Source: Actinomycetota bacterium
GTDB taxonomy: Bacteria; Actinomycetota; AC-67
DNA: 64,000 nucleotides
Assembly (NCBI GenBank): GCA_036398095.1
Contig: DASWHR010000027.1
Coordinates: 8,174 to 72,173 of the forward strand
Direction of reading: 5' to 3'
Shown in pieces: positions 17,443 through 26,004 of the stretch (position 1 is its first letter; every line of letters starts with the position of its first letter). The notes beneath the pieces were generated by a model, which did not search any database, had not been told where the DNA came from, and saw only the letters and a program-made list of their open reading frames with translations. The position numbers were made by a program, and so were the translations under genes.

Positions 17443-18591
17443 TCAGGCGCGTTGCGCCGCGCGCATCCCGAGCACGATCATCGCGACCAGGAAGCCCAGC
17501 GCCGCGACCCCGCCGGCGATCGGCGCGGCGATCGCCAGCGCATTCGAACGCGTCGCCGGCGGCCGGCGCGTCGCGCGGCCCGCCGAGCCGTCGCCGCTTC
17601 CCGGCGAGGCGGCAACGCTCGCCTCGGCCGATGCGCTCGCGCCGAGCGAAGGCTCGGCGCCGCCACCGGTCCCGCGCGTCGTGCGGCCGTCCAGCGCCGG
17701 CGCCGGCGACGGGCCACCGTTTCCCGGCAGTGCGGCGAACGGGCTTCCCGCCGCCCAAGCGGGGCGCCCGGTCGCATCGTCGCCGAAGGAGGCGTCCTGG
17801 CCGCCGGCCGAGTCGCGGGCGATCGAGCCGGCGCCGTCGTCGAAGTGATAGAGCGCGACAGTTCGCGCGTCGGATGAAAACGCGCGCGCCGGCCGCGCGA
17901 AGGTCGCTGCGTATCGGATGGTGTCGGAGACGCGAAGCTCGTCGATCGAGCCGATGAAGGACGCAGCCGACTGATTGGCTTTGCCGCCGATGAACAGCCA
18001 CGGATCCTGCGTGCAGTTCGCGCAGCCGATCGGCGGAACCGCGTTGTCGGGATAGGACACGTCACCGGCCGGGCCGGTTGCCGCCGCATCGAGCGTGCCG
18101 TCCACCCAGATCGTCATCCGACCGTCCGCCGCGCGGCGTTGCACGGCGACGTGGTGCCAGAAGCCGTCGGCGACGCTCCGCGATCCGCAGACGCCGCCGT
18201 AGACGCCGCCCGCTCCGGTCACGCCGAATGCGATCCGCATGCGCGAGACGGACAGGCCGAACGCGCGTCCTCCCTCGTCGGCTCCGCGGCTGCGGTCCAG
18301 CAACACGTTGCCGAGCGGCCACCAGGCGGACTCGCCGCAGTCGACCTCGCGCGTGTTCGAGCCGGGCGCGGCTTTGATGAACAGCTCGATCGTGAAGTCA
18401 CCCGCTCCGACGTCGATCGGCGGCCCGATCGACGATGAATTGGGATCGTCCACCACGATCGACAGATACGGCGAGGGATACGAGTCGTGCGAGGGAAGCA
18501 CGAGGCCGTACGACGCGGCGTTGGCCGGCCATGGCGAAGCCGCGGCGAGCACGAGCCCCGCCGCGATGCCGACCAGACTCGCGAGACGCAT
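17443..18591 (-). CDS. LamG/concanavalin-A-like lectin-fold surface protein with signal peptide and C-terminal TM anchor
   Basis: Signal peptide MRLASLVGIAAGLVLAAASPWPANA. The jelly-roll region DFTIELFIKAAPG...FWHHVAV...WVDG...LFIGG...FIGSIDELRVS is LamG-like. The C-terminus carries a TM helix plus a basic tail. The listed ORF (to 19134) is an upstream frame artefact. Confidence 0.65.
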   Translation of the reverse strand: MRLASLVGIAAGLVLAAASPWPANAASYGLVLPSHDSYPSPYLSIVVDDPNSSSIGPPIDVGAGDFTIELFIKAAPGSNTREVDCGESAWWPLGNVLLDRSRGADEGGRAFGLSVSRMRIAFGVTGAGGVYGGVCGSRSVADGFWHHVAVQRRAADGRMTIWVDGTLDAAATGPAGDVSYPDNAVPPIGCANCTQDPWLFIGGKANQSAASFIGSIDELRVSDTIRYAATFARPARAFSSDARTVALYHFDDGAGSIARDSAGGQDASFGDDATGRPAWAAGSPFAALPGNGGPSPAPALDGRTTRGTGGGAEPSLGASASAEASVAASPGSGDGSAGRATRRPPATRSNALAIAAPIAGGVAALGFLVAMIVLGMRAAQRA

Positions 18592-18643
18592 ACAAAGAAG
18601 TGTCGGCTTGCTCGCCCCGAGGCTTGACCGTACGCTCGACCCT

Positions 18644-20020
18644 GTGGAGCAGCAGATCGTCTTCGGAGATCGGTTTTTGTCCGTGAACCTGCCGGATCGG
18701 ACCCGGACGCTCTCGGCCGGCCTGACCACGACCCTCGAACCGACGAACGATCTTGAAGGGGCCGTGCGCGACGCGCTGGCGACTCCCGCCGACACGCCGC
18801 CGCTGCGTGACCTGGCGCGCGGCAAGCGGCGCGTCACCGTCGCCTTCGACGATCCCACCGTTCCCTGCTTCGCGCCGGTCTGGCAGACCGCGATCCCGCT
18901 CGCGCTCGCCGAGTTGGAGGCCGCCGGGGTTGACCGGAAGAATGTGACCCTGCTGTGCGCGAACGCGCTGCACCGGCAGTTCTCCCACAACGAGCTCGCC
19001 GGCATTCTCGGGCCGGATCTGGTGCGCGAGTTCGCCGACCGGCTGGTCTGCCACGACGCGGAAGACCCCGGCATGATCGAGCGGCTCGGCGTCACCGAAC
19101 ACGGATACGACGTCGAGCTCTCCAGGCACGTCACCGACTCGGATCTGACGATCTACGTCAACGCCTCGACGATCCGCGGCTTCAGCGGCGGATGGAAATC
19201 GATCTGCGTGGGGCTGTCCACCTACAACTCGATCCGCCACCACCACAATCCCGACGACATGTCGATGTCGCTGCATCGCAACACGATGCACGAGATGCTC
19301 GACGAGATGGGCGCGCTGGTGACCCAGCAGCTCGGCAGCGATCGCATCTTCAAGATCGAGACGATCCTTTCCAATCCGCTCGCGGTCTCGCGCATCCACG
19401 CCGGCACCGTCGACGGCACGCGCCGCATCGCCGTCGAGACCAACCGCGCCGCGCAAGGCCCGCGCGCGACCGTCGACAAGGCCGACGTCGTTTTGTACGG
19501 CCTGCCCGACTGGAGCCCGTACGCCGCCTACTCGCACACCAATCCCATCTTGACGCTGATCTCGACCGGGCTTGGGTATCTCGGAGGCATGATCGAAGCC
19601 GCCGGCAAGCCCGGCTGCACCGTCATCATCGCCACGCCGTGCCCCGACCGGTGGGACGACCGCGCGCATCCGTCCTACCGCGAGGTATGGGAGCGCGTTC
19701 TGCCGGTCACCCGCGACCCGTACGAGGCCAAGCGGCAGTTCGAGAACGAGTACGCGCGGCATCCCGAATACATCGAGCGCTACCGCTTCCAGAACGGGTT
19801 CCATCCGGTGCACGGGATCATGGCGCTGTTCCCGCTCAAGCGCCTCAAGCACGCCGGGCGCGTCTTCGTCGCCGGCATCGAAAACCCGGCGCTGGCGCGC
19901 CACGTCGGCTACGAGCCGTTCGCGACCGTCGAAGACGCCGTCGGTGCAGCCCAAGAGATTCACGGCGGCGATGCCGACATCGGCCTGGTTCCGTATCCGA
20001 TGGCGGTCAACCGGCAATAG
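18644..20020 (+). CDS. LarA-like (DUF2088, lactate racemase N-terminal domain family) protein
   Basis: The N-terminal pattern ...LSVNLPD...LEGAVRDALATPADTPPLRDLARGKRRVTVAFDDPTVP resembles the LarA/DUF2088 N-terminus. The start must lie after the LamG start at 18591. GTG 18644 or TTG 18608 are the candidates. Confidence 0.5.
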   Translation: MEQQIVFGDRFLSVNLPDRTRTLSAGLTTTLEPTNDLEGAVRDALATPADTPPLRDLARGKRRVTVAFDDPTVPCFAPVWQTAIPLALAELEAAGVDRKNVTLLCANALHRQFSHNELAGILGPDLVREFADRLVCHDAEDPGMIERLGVTEHGYDVELSRHVTDSDLTIYVNASTIRGFSGGWKSICVGLSTYNSIRHHHNPDDMSMSLHRNTMHEMLDEMGALVTQQLGSDRIFKIETILSNPLAVSRIHAGTVDGTRRIAVETNRAAQGPRATVDKADVVLYGLPDWSPYAAYSHTNPILTLISTGLGYLGGMIEAAGKPGCTVIIATPCPDRWDDRAHPSYREVWERVLPVTRDPYEAKRQFENEYARHPEYIERYRFQNGFHPVHGIMALFPLKRLKHAGRVFVAGIENPALARHVGYEPFATVEDAVGAAQEIHGGDADIGLVPYPMAVNRQ

Positions 20021-20022
20021 CC

Positions 20023-20685
20023 GTGCGCGCAATCGCAATGCTCGTCACGGCCGCTGCGCTGCTCGCCTCATGTGGTGGTGGGAACGCCCCCCGGCCCATC
20101 GAATCGCTGTCTCCCGAAGCCGCGGCGTTTCGCGACCTCGGTCTCAAAGGCGCCGGCGCGACCGCGCGCATCGCCTATGGCGTACAGGCCGGGCAAGACG
20201 CCAGCGAGGTGATCGTGTCGCAGCGGCCGCCGCAGCGATCGTTCCGCGTGACGCAAGGACGGACATCGCTGATCGTGGCGACCGAAGCCGGCGATGTGGT
20301 CACCTGCGGCGAAGACCAGTGCTTCCGCATCCCCGGGCTCGGCTCGTCCATCGCGCAGGCCGGCGCGGCGATTCTCGGTCCGCTCGCGCAAGGCTTCGAC
20401 ATGTTCCACGGCGAGCGGAACCTGGCCGAGTTCCAAGCCGCCGCCGACCGAACCATCGCCGGCCGCTCTGCCACATGCGGCACCTGGAAGCCCGATTTCT
20501 CGCCCGAGGGGTTTACGATGTGCTTGGACCCGCAGACCGGCGTCGCGCTGTCCTACGACATCGCCAGCGGAAACATCGCCGTCAGCCTCGAGGCGACGAG
20601 GGTGGACGCGCCCTCCGACGCCGACTTCGAACCGCTCTTTCCCGTGACGGACTTGCCGACGGGCTACGTTCCTCCGACCGATTAG
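20023..20685 (+). CDS. lipoprotein, unknown function
   Basis: Lipobox LLASCGGG. Start is GTG 20023 or ATG 20038. No known domain. It sits immediately downstream of the LarA-like gene. Confidence 0.55.
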   Translation: MRAIAMLVTAAALLASCGGGNAPRPIESLSPEAAAFRDLGLKGAGATARIAYGVQAGQDASEVIVSQRPPQRSFRVTQGRTSLIVATEAGDVVTCGEDQCFRIPGLGSSIAQAGAAILGPLAQGFDMFHGERNLAEFQAAADRTIAGRSATCGTWKPDFSPEGFTMCLDPQTGVALSYDIASGNIAVSLEATRVDAPSDADFEPLFPVTDLPTGYVPPTD

Positions 20686-20767
20686 CCCGGTCGCTGGCCC
20701 GGTCCGGCAGGGATCGGCGGTCGCGGCGAAGAATTCCCTCGCAGGACCGAACAACCGGGAGGAAACC

Positions 20768-22375
20768 GTGAGACGCATCGCCGCTATCGCCGCACTCGCT
20801 TTGATCGCCGCCGCCCTCCCCGGCGGGGCGGATCCGGTCGAGATCGAACGCACCGACGCGATGGTCGCGATGAGCGATCACGTTCGTCTCGACGTCTCGC
20901 TCTACATCCCGCTCGTTGACTATCCCGACGGCGGCTTTCCCTTGATCGTGCGGCAGCACGGGGGCGGCTCGAGCAAGGACAGCGAATACGACGTGCGCTA
21001 CGGAATGAAGGCAGTGCAGACCGGCCGGTTCGCGCTGCTCACCTACTCGCACCGCGGCCACGGCGACTCGGAAGGGATCTTCGACTTCTTCGGCGAGCGC
21101 TCCGCGCAGGACGTGTCCGAGCTGCTCGAGTGGGTTGACGCAAAGACCGACGAGGTGGACGTGAGCCGCGTCGGCATGTGGGGCTACTCGCAGGGCGGCG
21201 GCCTGTCGCTGCTGCCGGCGATGACCGACCCGCGCATCAAGGCCGTCGCGATCGGCAACACCTTCGATGACCTCAACCATGCGCTCAACCCGAACGATTG
21301 CTTCAAGTTCTCGTTCGCCACCGGCATCTTCGCGCTCGCCTACAAGACCGCCGCCGCGCGCACCGACGACGCGACCGCGCTGCGCTGGGGCGCGCAGTGG
21401 AACACCGACACCGAAGACGTCGCGCTGCCCGTTCTCGGCTCGACGACCGACGAAGCCTTCGCGCACTCGCCGGCCGCGCATGTCGGCGGTACGCCCGGCA
21501 CCGTCTACGACACCGGCTTGAACGTGCCCGTCTTCTGGACGAACTCGTGGGAGGACGCGCTGTTTCCCGCCGACCACGGACTCGGCATGATCGCGGATCT
21601 GGATGCGCGCGGGATTCCCACGCACCTGTGGTTCGCATCCGGCGGCCACGAAGTGCCGGAGACGCACCCGGCCGACGAAGCCGGCAAAGAGCAGGCGATG
21701 CTGGAATGGTTCGAGGAGTTCCTGCTCGGCGTCGACCACGGCTACGCGAGCGGCGCGCGTCCGAAGGTCGACTACGCGCAGCGAATCCCCGGCGGCGGAT
21801 GGACGCACAAGACGGCATCCGCATGGCCGGTACCGGGCGACGACGTGACGCTGCACGCCGACGCAGACGGCAGCCTCGGTCCGGTCGCCACGCCGGGCAC
21901 GCTCGGCACGATCGTCAACACGGTCGCATCCGCGAACCTTGCCACCGAGCCGATCCTGTCCAACCGCGCCGCGCCGCTCGTGTCGAACATCGCCGACTCG
22001 CCCGAATCTCCCGCGACGCTGACGTTTGCGACCGACCCGGCCGCCGCGCCGTTCGAGTTCACCGGCGCTCCGCGCGTCGCGATCCGCTACGACAGCACCG
22101 CGCAGCGCGTCGCCCAGTTCAACGTCAAGCTGTGGGACGAGCACGATGGGCAGCGGCGGATGATCACGCGCGGGTGCTTGAGCGACGAGACCCCCGGTGA
22201 CGGAATCGCCGACTTCGACCTTTGGCCGAACTCTCACGTGCTCGCGCCCGGCCACCGCATCGTGATGACCATCTCAACCGTGGACTTCCCCACGTTCAAG
22301 CCCGACACCGAGCCGCAAACTTCCACGCTTGCCTCGGCCACGATCACGATCGGCAGCAGCAAGAGCGTGCATTGA
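20768..22375 (+). CDS. CocE/NonD-family (peptidase S15 / X-Pro dipeptidyl-peptidase-like) alpha/beta hydrolase, secreted
   Basis: Signal peptide, then GYSQGG (nucleophile elbow GxSxGG) and a C-terminal beta-sandwich domain. A GGGAGGAAA RBS precedes the GTG start. Confidence 0.75.
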   Translation: MRRIAAIAALALIAAALPGGADPVEIERTDAMVAMSDHVRLDVSLYIPLVDYPDGGFPLIVRQHGGGSSKDSEYDVRYGMKAVQTGRFALLTYSHRGHGDSEGIFDFFGERSAQDVSELLEWVDAKTDEVDVSRVGMWGYSQGGGLSLLPAMTDPRIKAVAIGNTFDDLNHALNPNDCFKFSFATGIFALAYKTAAARTDDATALRWGAQWNTDTEDVALPVLGSTTDEAFAHSPAAHVGGTPGTVYDTGLNVPVFWTNSWEDALFPADHGLGMIADLDARGIPTHLWFASGGHEVPETHPADEAGKEQAMLEWFEEFLLGVDHGYASGARPKVDYAQRIPGGGWTHKTASAWPVPGDDVTLHADADGSLGPVATPGTLGTIVNTVASANLATEPILSNRAAPLVSNIADSPESPATLTFATDPAAAPFEFTGAPRVAIRYDSTAQRVAQFNVKLWDEHDGQRRMITRGCLSDETPGDGIADFDLWPNSHVLAPGHRIVMTISTVDFPTFKPDTEPQTSTLASATITIGSSKSVH

Positions 22376-22420
22376 CCCTCTGGACGAGCTCACTGGGGGT
22401 GGACTACGCTTTGAAGCGTT

Positions 22421-23137
22421 ATGGGACTACGTTCCCATGGGCGCTCCATACGAATGATCGCCATGGCGACTGCGGTTGGGATGGCGATCGCGGTTCCTAT
22501 CGCCCTCACGAGTGATCGTCTGCCGAGGGAGTCCGGTCACACCGTGCCCGCAGGCGCTCTCGCATCACCAACGCCGTCACTGACGCCATCGCCGGCGCCG
22601 CGACCGGGTCCGTACTACGTCGCCAAGGAGGATCATGATCGGGCGGCGGTGATCGCTCTTGGAGACTCCGGTGCGCAAGCGCTTCTTGGAACCTCCAAGT
22701 ACCGCGTCGTTTCGGTCATCGAGTACGGACCGTTGGGCCCGGCCGACAAGCCTGATCCGGCGGATCCATGTCTGTCGCGCGCATGTCTTCGAGTGGGCAT
22801 GTACAACTATACGAAGTCAGTTGTGGTACGCGTTTTTGTGGACCGATCGGCTTGGACGATTGTCGGAATCGAAGAGAGCCGGCAGACTGCGGGGCCCGGG
22901 CTCACCAACGAGGAAGTGGACCTCGCTCATTATCTGGCGGATCGCGATGTGCGCGTCCAAGCAATTGTCGGCAGCGATCACGCGCATCTTCGCGGGCCGT
23001 GGCCTGGAAGCACCATCGCCCCGGGGCCGTGTTCCGGTGAGATCAGCAGATGCGCGGTCGTGTTCTACAAGCTCGACTCGGACAAGCTCCTCGTTTTCGT
23101 GGACCTGAAATCGGACGAGGTCGTCGCCCTCATCTAA
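22421..23137 (+). CDS. secreted hypothetical protein encoded in a lower-GC segment
   Basis: Signal peptide MIAMATAVGMAIAVPIALTS and a Pro/Ser linker. The gene body is about 57% GC against about 70% for its neighbours. No known domain. Confidence 0.5.
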   Translation: MGLRSHGRSIRMIAMATAVGMAIAVPIALTSDRLPRESGHTVPAGALASPTPSLTPSPAPRPGPYYVAKEDHDRAAVIALGDSGAQALLGTSKYRVVSVIEYGPLGPADKPDPADPCLSRACLRVGMYNYTKSVVVRVFVDRSAWTIVGIEESRQTAGPGLTNEEVDLAHYLADRDVRVQAIVGSDHAHLRGPWPGSTIAPGPCSGEISRCAVVFYKLDSDKLLVFVDLKSDEVVALI

Positions 23138-23179
23138 CGCCGGCACGCTGGGGGATGCACCTCGACGAACCGGAACCGT

Positions 23180-25033
23180 CTACGCGGGAAGCACCGGCAG
23201 GTTCAGCCACGACTCCAGGCCGGCGCGGTGGTGGATCGTGTTCAGCGCCGGCTTGAGCAGGTTCAGGTGGTTCGGCGTGTCGGCCGAGTAGATATCGATC
23301 CGCAGCGAATGGCCGGCCGCGAACGTCTTCGCCGTCGGCCAGATCTCGATCTCGTAGGTGTCGCGCGGTCGCGGCGGCTGCAGCGAGCCGGCCGTATGCG
23401 GGTGATAGGCCGCGATCACGTCGCCGTTCGGCGCAAACATGGTCTTGGACCGATCCAGCGCCTGATGCGACGCCCGCAGATAGCCCTGCGTGATCAACGT
23501 CGAGCGTCCGGACGGATCCACGTCGGTCAGCTTCACCACGAAATCGGTGTCGTGATACGGCGGCAGCGTCTGTAGCAGGCCGGGAAGCGGCCCCGGGTCC
23601 GCGACGCCGGGAATCCCGACCGATGTCGCGCGCAGATGCAGGTTGATCGTGCCGGCGATCTTCATGGCCGAGGAGAACGGCACCGTCGTATACGTGAGGC
23701 CCTTCGGCTCGTCGGTGCGCTGATCCCAATCCATGTAGGCGGCGCCGGCGAGCGCGTTGTCCCACCGCGAGGCGATCTCGGCCGTGCCGGCCGCCGGGTT
23801 GTAGACGTAGCGCGCGTCGGCGTCCGTGCCGGGCGCGTCGGGAGAGAGCACGCCGCCTTCGCGCAAGTAGTAGCGCTGATAGGCCGTCTCGGCCGGCGGC
23901 CACTGCGACGCGCTGCGCCACTCGCCGGTCGCATCCAGATGCGCGCCCGTGCCGATCAGGTAGTACTGCACCCGCGGGCCGTTCATCCACAACGGCGCCG
24001 GCGCGCCGGCGAGCCAGTGCAGATACCAGGCGGCCAGCGCGTCGCGCAGGCCCGGCTTCGGTTCGGGCGTGATGAAGTGCGTCTGTCCGTGATTCCACGG
24101 TCCAACGATCACATAGTTCGGACCGCGGCCGGTTCCGTCGGATTCTTGCGCGTGGGCTTGGCGGAACATCTCCATGCTGCCGCGCGTGAACGCGTCGAAC
24201 CAGCCGGCCAGTTGCAGCACCGGCACGCGCAAGTTCTGGATGCGCGGCAGGGACGATGAGTCGTCGTAGAGCTTCTGCGTGAACGCCGGCGTGGTGTGAT
24301 TCGACGTATACGTCGCGTCCGAATAGGGCGCGTTGAGGTAGTGCAGCATCATCGGGTCGTTCTTCGTCAAGTGATCCGTCCAGGCCGTTTGTCCCTGCGG
24401 GGTGTTCACGTCGGTCGGCGGCTGGGTGTAGAAGCCCGTCGTCCCGGTGGACCATGCAAGCCCGAAGGACCCGATGACCTGGCCGCCGTGATAGACGATG
24501 TCGCGATACAGGTCGCCGTAGGCGCGCTGCGGTGCGATCGCCGCCAGATGCTCGGGCGCGAGCGACGGCGGGAGTGTCGCGACCAGGTTCTGGATGATCC
24601 CCGAGTACGAGCCGCCGTACATACCGACCTCGTCCAGGCACGCGTCGGGGAAGCCGGGCAGCGAAAGGTCGGCCGCCATGTCCACGGCCGCGGCCGCGTC
24701 CAGTTGCTCGCGCATCGAGAACACGATGTCGTATTCGCCCTCCGAGCCGCCGGTGCCGCGCGCGTCCACCTCGATCAATGCGATGCCGGCGCCCGGCAGG
24801 AACGAGGCGCCTTCGGCGGCGCGCGTCTCTTTGCGGTACGGCGTCAGCTCGACCACGCACGGGAAGGGACCGTCGCCGTCGCCGGGCAGGTAGACATCGG
24901 CGGCCAATCGGACGCCGTCGTCCATCACGAGCGGCACGTCGATGAATTTTCGCGGCTCGGCCGCGCGCGTGGCGGCCGGAGCCAGCAGCATGGCGGACGC
25001 GAGGGCGAGCCCGGTCAAACGCTTGATCTTCAC
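23180..25033 (-). CDS. CocE/NonD-family (S15) hydrolase, secreted (paralog of 20768..22375)
   Basis: Signal peptide VKIKRLTGLALASAMLLAPAATRA. GGSYSG nucleophile motif. 617 aa with the C-terminal jelly-roll. A GGGAGGAA RBS precedes GTG 25033. Confidence 0.75.
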   Translation of the reverse strand: MKIKRLTGLALASAMLLAPAATRAAEPRKFIDVPLVMDDGVRLAADVYLPGDGDGPFPCVVELTPYRKETRAAEGASFLPGAGIALIEVDARGTGGSEGEYDIVFSMREQLDAAAAVDMAADLSLPGFPDACLDEVGMYGGSYSGIIQNLVATLPPSLAPEHLAAIAPQRAYGDLYRDIVYHGGQVIGSFGLAWSTGTTGFYTQPPTDVNTPQGQTAWTDHLTKNDPMMLHYLNAPYSDATYTSNHTTPAFTQKLYDDSSSLPRIQNLRVPVLQLAGWFDAFTRGSMEMFRQAHAQESDGTGRGPNYVIVGPWNHGQTHFITPEPKPGLRDALAAWYLHWLAGAPAPLWMNGPRVQYYLIGTGAHLDATGEWRSASQWPPAETAYQRYYLREGGVLSPDAPGTDADARYVYNPAAGTAEIASRWDNALAGAAYMDWDQRTDEPKGLTYTTVPFSSAMKIAGTINLHLRATSVGIPGVADPGPLPGLLQTLPPYHDTDFVVKLTDVDPSGRSTLITQGYLRASHQALDRSKTMFAPNGDVIAAYHPHTAGSLQPPRPRDTYEIEIWPTAKTFAAGHSLRIDIYSADTPNHLNLLKPALNTIHHRAGLESWLNLPVLPA

Positions 25034-25195
25034 AATCGATTCCTCCCGAAATGTTTCCGTACTCCTTCTGCATTGCCCGGTTCGAATCCTGCCGTCCGGT
25101 CCGGCGGTGAATGCCGTTCCTCGCCGCGGCGGCCGATTTGCCCGCGGCCAGGGCCATAGCCTTTCGCTTCGCCGGCCGTTAAACTCGATGAAGCT

Positions 25196-25552
25196 ATGCG
25201 GCGGGGTATCGGGGTATTCGCGCGCGTGCTGCTGGGGGTCCTGGCAGTGCTCGCTCTGGCGATGCCTGGGTCATTGCCTGCTCTCGCCGGCGAAACCTGC
25301 GTTTCCGAGCCCGACTCCAATCCCGGATCGGTTCCCGGCGTGACGCTCGGCCCCGCGACCAAGTGCGTCCGCGACGACGGCGGCGCCACCACGGCAGATC
25401 AAGCTCCGGCCGGCGCGCGAAGCGACGACGGCGCGACCTCGTGGGTCACGATCGCAGGGGCGGGCCTGGCGGTCGGAGGGTTTTCGTACGGATCGTGGCG
25501 CGTCCGCCGCCGCTTCCACCGCTCGCAGTCGCAAGCCCGCGCGGCGGCCTGA
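25196..25552 (+). CDS. small signal-peptide protein with C-terminal TM + basic tail
   Basis: MRRGIGVFARVLLGVLAVLALAMPGSLPALAGE...WVTIAGAGLAVGGFSYGSWRVRRRFHR. GC3 is high. The RBS is weak. Confidence 0.4.
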   Translation: MRRGIGVFARVLLGVLAVLALAMPGSLPALAGETCVSEPDSNPGSVPGVTLGPATKCVRDDGGATTADQAPAGARSDDGATSWVTIAGAGLAVGGFSYGSWRVRRRFHRSQSQARAAA

Positions 25553-25912
25553 TCAGCGGTAGCGGTAGGTGATCCGGCCGCGGTTGAGGTCGTAGGGCGA
25601 CAGCTCCAACTTCACGCGGTCGCCGGGCAGGATCCGGATGTAGTGCTTGCGCATCTTGCCGGAGATATGGCCGAGCACGATATGCCCGTTCTCCAGCTCG
25701 ACGCGGAACATCACGTTGGGCAGCGCCTCGGTGATGACGCCTTCCATCTCGATGGCCTCTTCTTTGGTGTTCTGCGAGCGAGCGAGCTGCTTTTCACGCT
25801 GCTCGGCCCGACTTTGGGCGCGCGCGGCCCGCGAAGCTGCGCCGCCTTTGCGCGCGCCTGGGCTTCGCTGCCCTCCCGGCCGTCCGCCGGGCTTTCTCGG
25901 TCGTCCTGCCAT
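25553..25912 (-). CDS. infA: translation initiation factor IF-1 homolog with ~55-aa basic N-terminal extension
   Basis: C-terminal 65 aa [63 protein letters not shown] are canonical IF-1. [10 protein letters not shown] matches the usual IF-1 N-terminus, but no start codon lies between ATG 25912 and the internal ATG at 25747. The gene is therefore either 119 aa with an R/K/G-rich extension or a truncated 65-aa form. Confidence 0.7.
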   Translation of the reverse strand: MAGRPRKPGGRPGGQRSPGARKGGAASRAARAQSRAEQREKQLARSQNTKEEAIEMEGVITEALPNVMFRVELENGHIVLGHISGKMRKHYIRILPGDRVKLELSPYDLNRGRITYRYR

Positions 25913-25924
25913 GGTTGTGTTCGG

Positions 25925-25953
25925 CTCACAAAAAACCGGCCTGCCGGCCGGCG
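25925..25953 (-). terminator. intrinsic terminator (minus strand) downstream of LOX-like gene
   Basis: Minus-strand sequence CCGGCC-ggca-GGCCGG followed by TTTTTTGTG, located about 50 nt after the 26005 stop and 20 nt before the infA ATG. Confidence 0.55.
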
Positions 25954-26004
25954 TCGATCATTCGCAGCCGCTGGCAGTATACCCCCGGCCAGGGGAAACG
26001 CCTT

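Noticed and set aside
15156-17957. 933-aa ORF on the + strand antisense to acnA
   Set aside because: The product is Arg/Ala/Gly-rich with no domain structure. In 70% GC DNA, stop-free antisense frames are expected. The opposite strand encodes a bona fide full-length aconitase.
17443-19134. N-terminal 181 codons of the 563-aa reverse ORF upstream of the LamG gene start
   Set aside because: Ser/Arg/Ala-rich noise that overlaps the divergent LarA-like gene. The true start at 18591 gives a clean signal peptide.
25066-25095. tRNA T-loop-like motif GGTTCGAATCC upstream of the S15 hydrolase
   Set aside because: Flanking sequence cannot form T-stem, acceptor or anticodon arms, so no cloverleaf. It is treated as a chance occurrence in a promoter region.
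23130-25157. 675-aa minus-strand ORF in an alternative frame over the S15 hydrolase
   Set aside because: Low-complexity Arg/Gly/Ala translation. The co-located frame 23180..25033 has a signal peptide, a GxSxG motif and an RBS.
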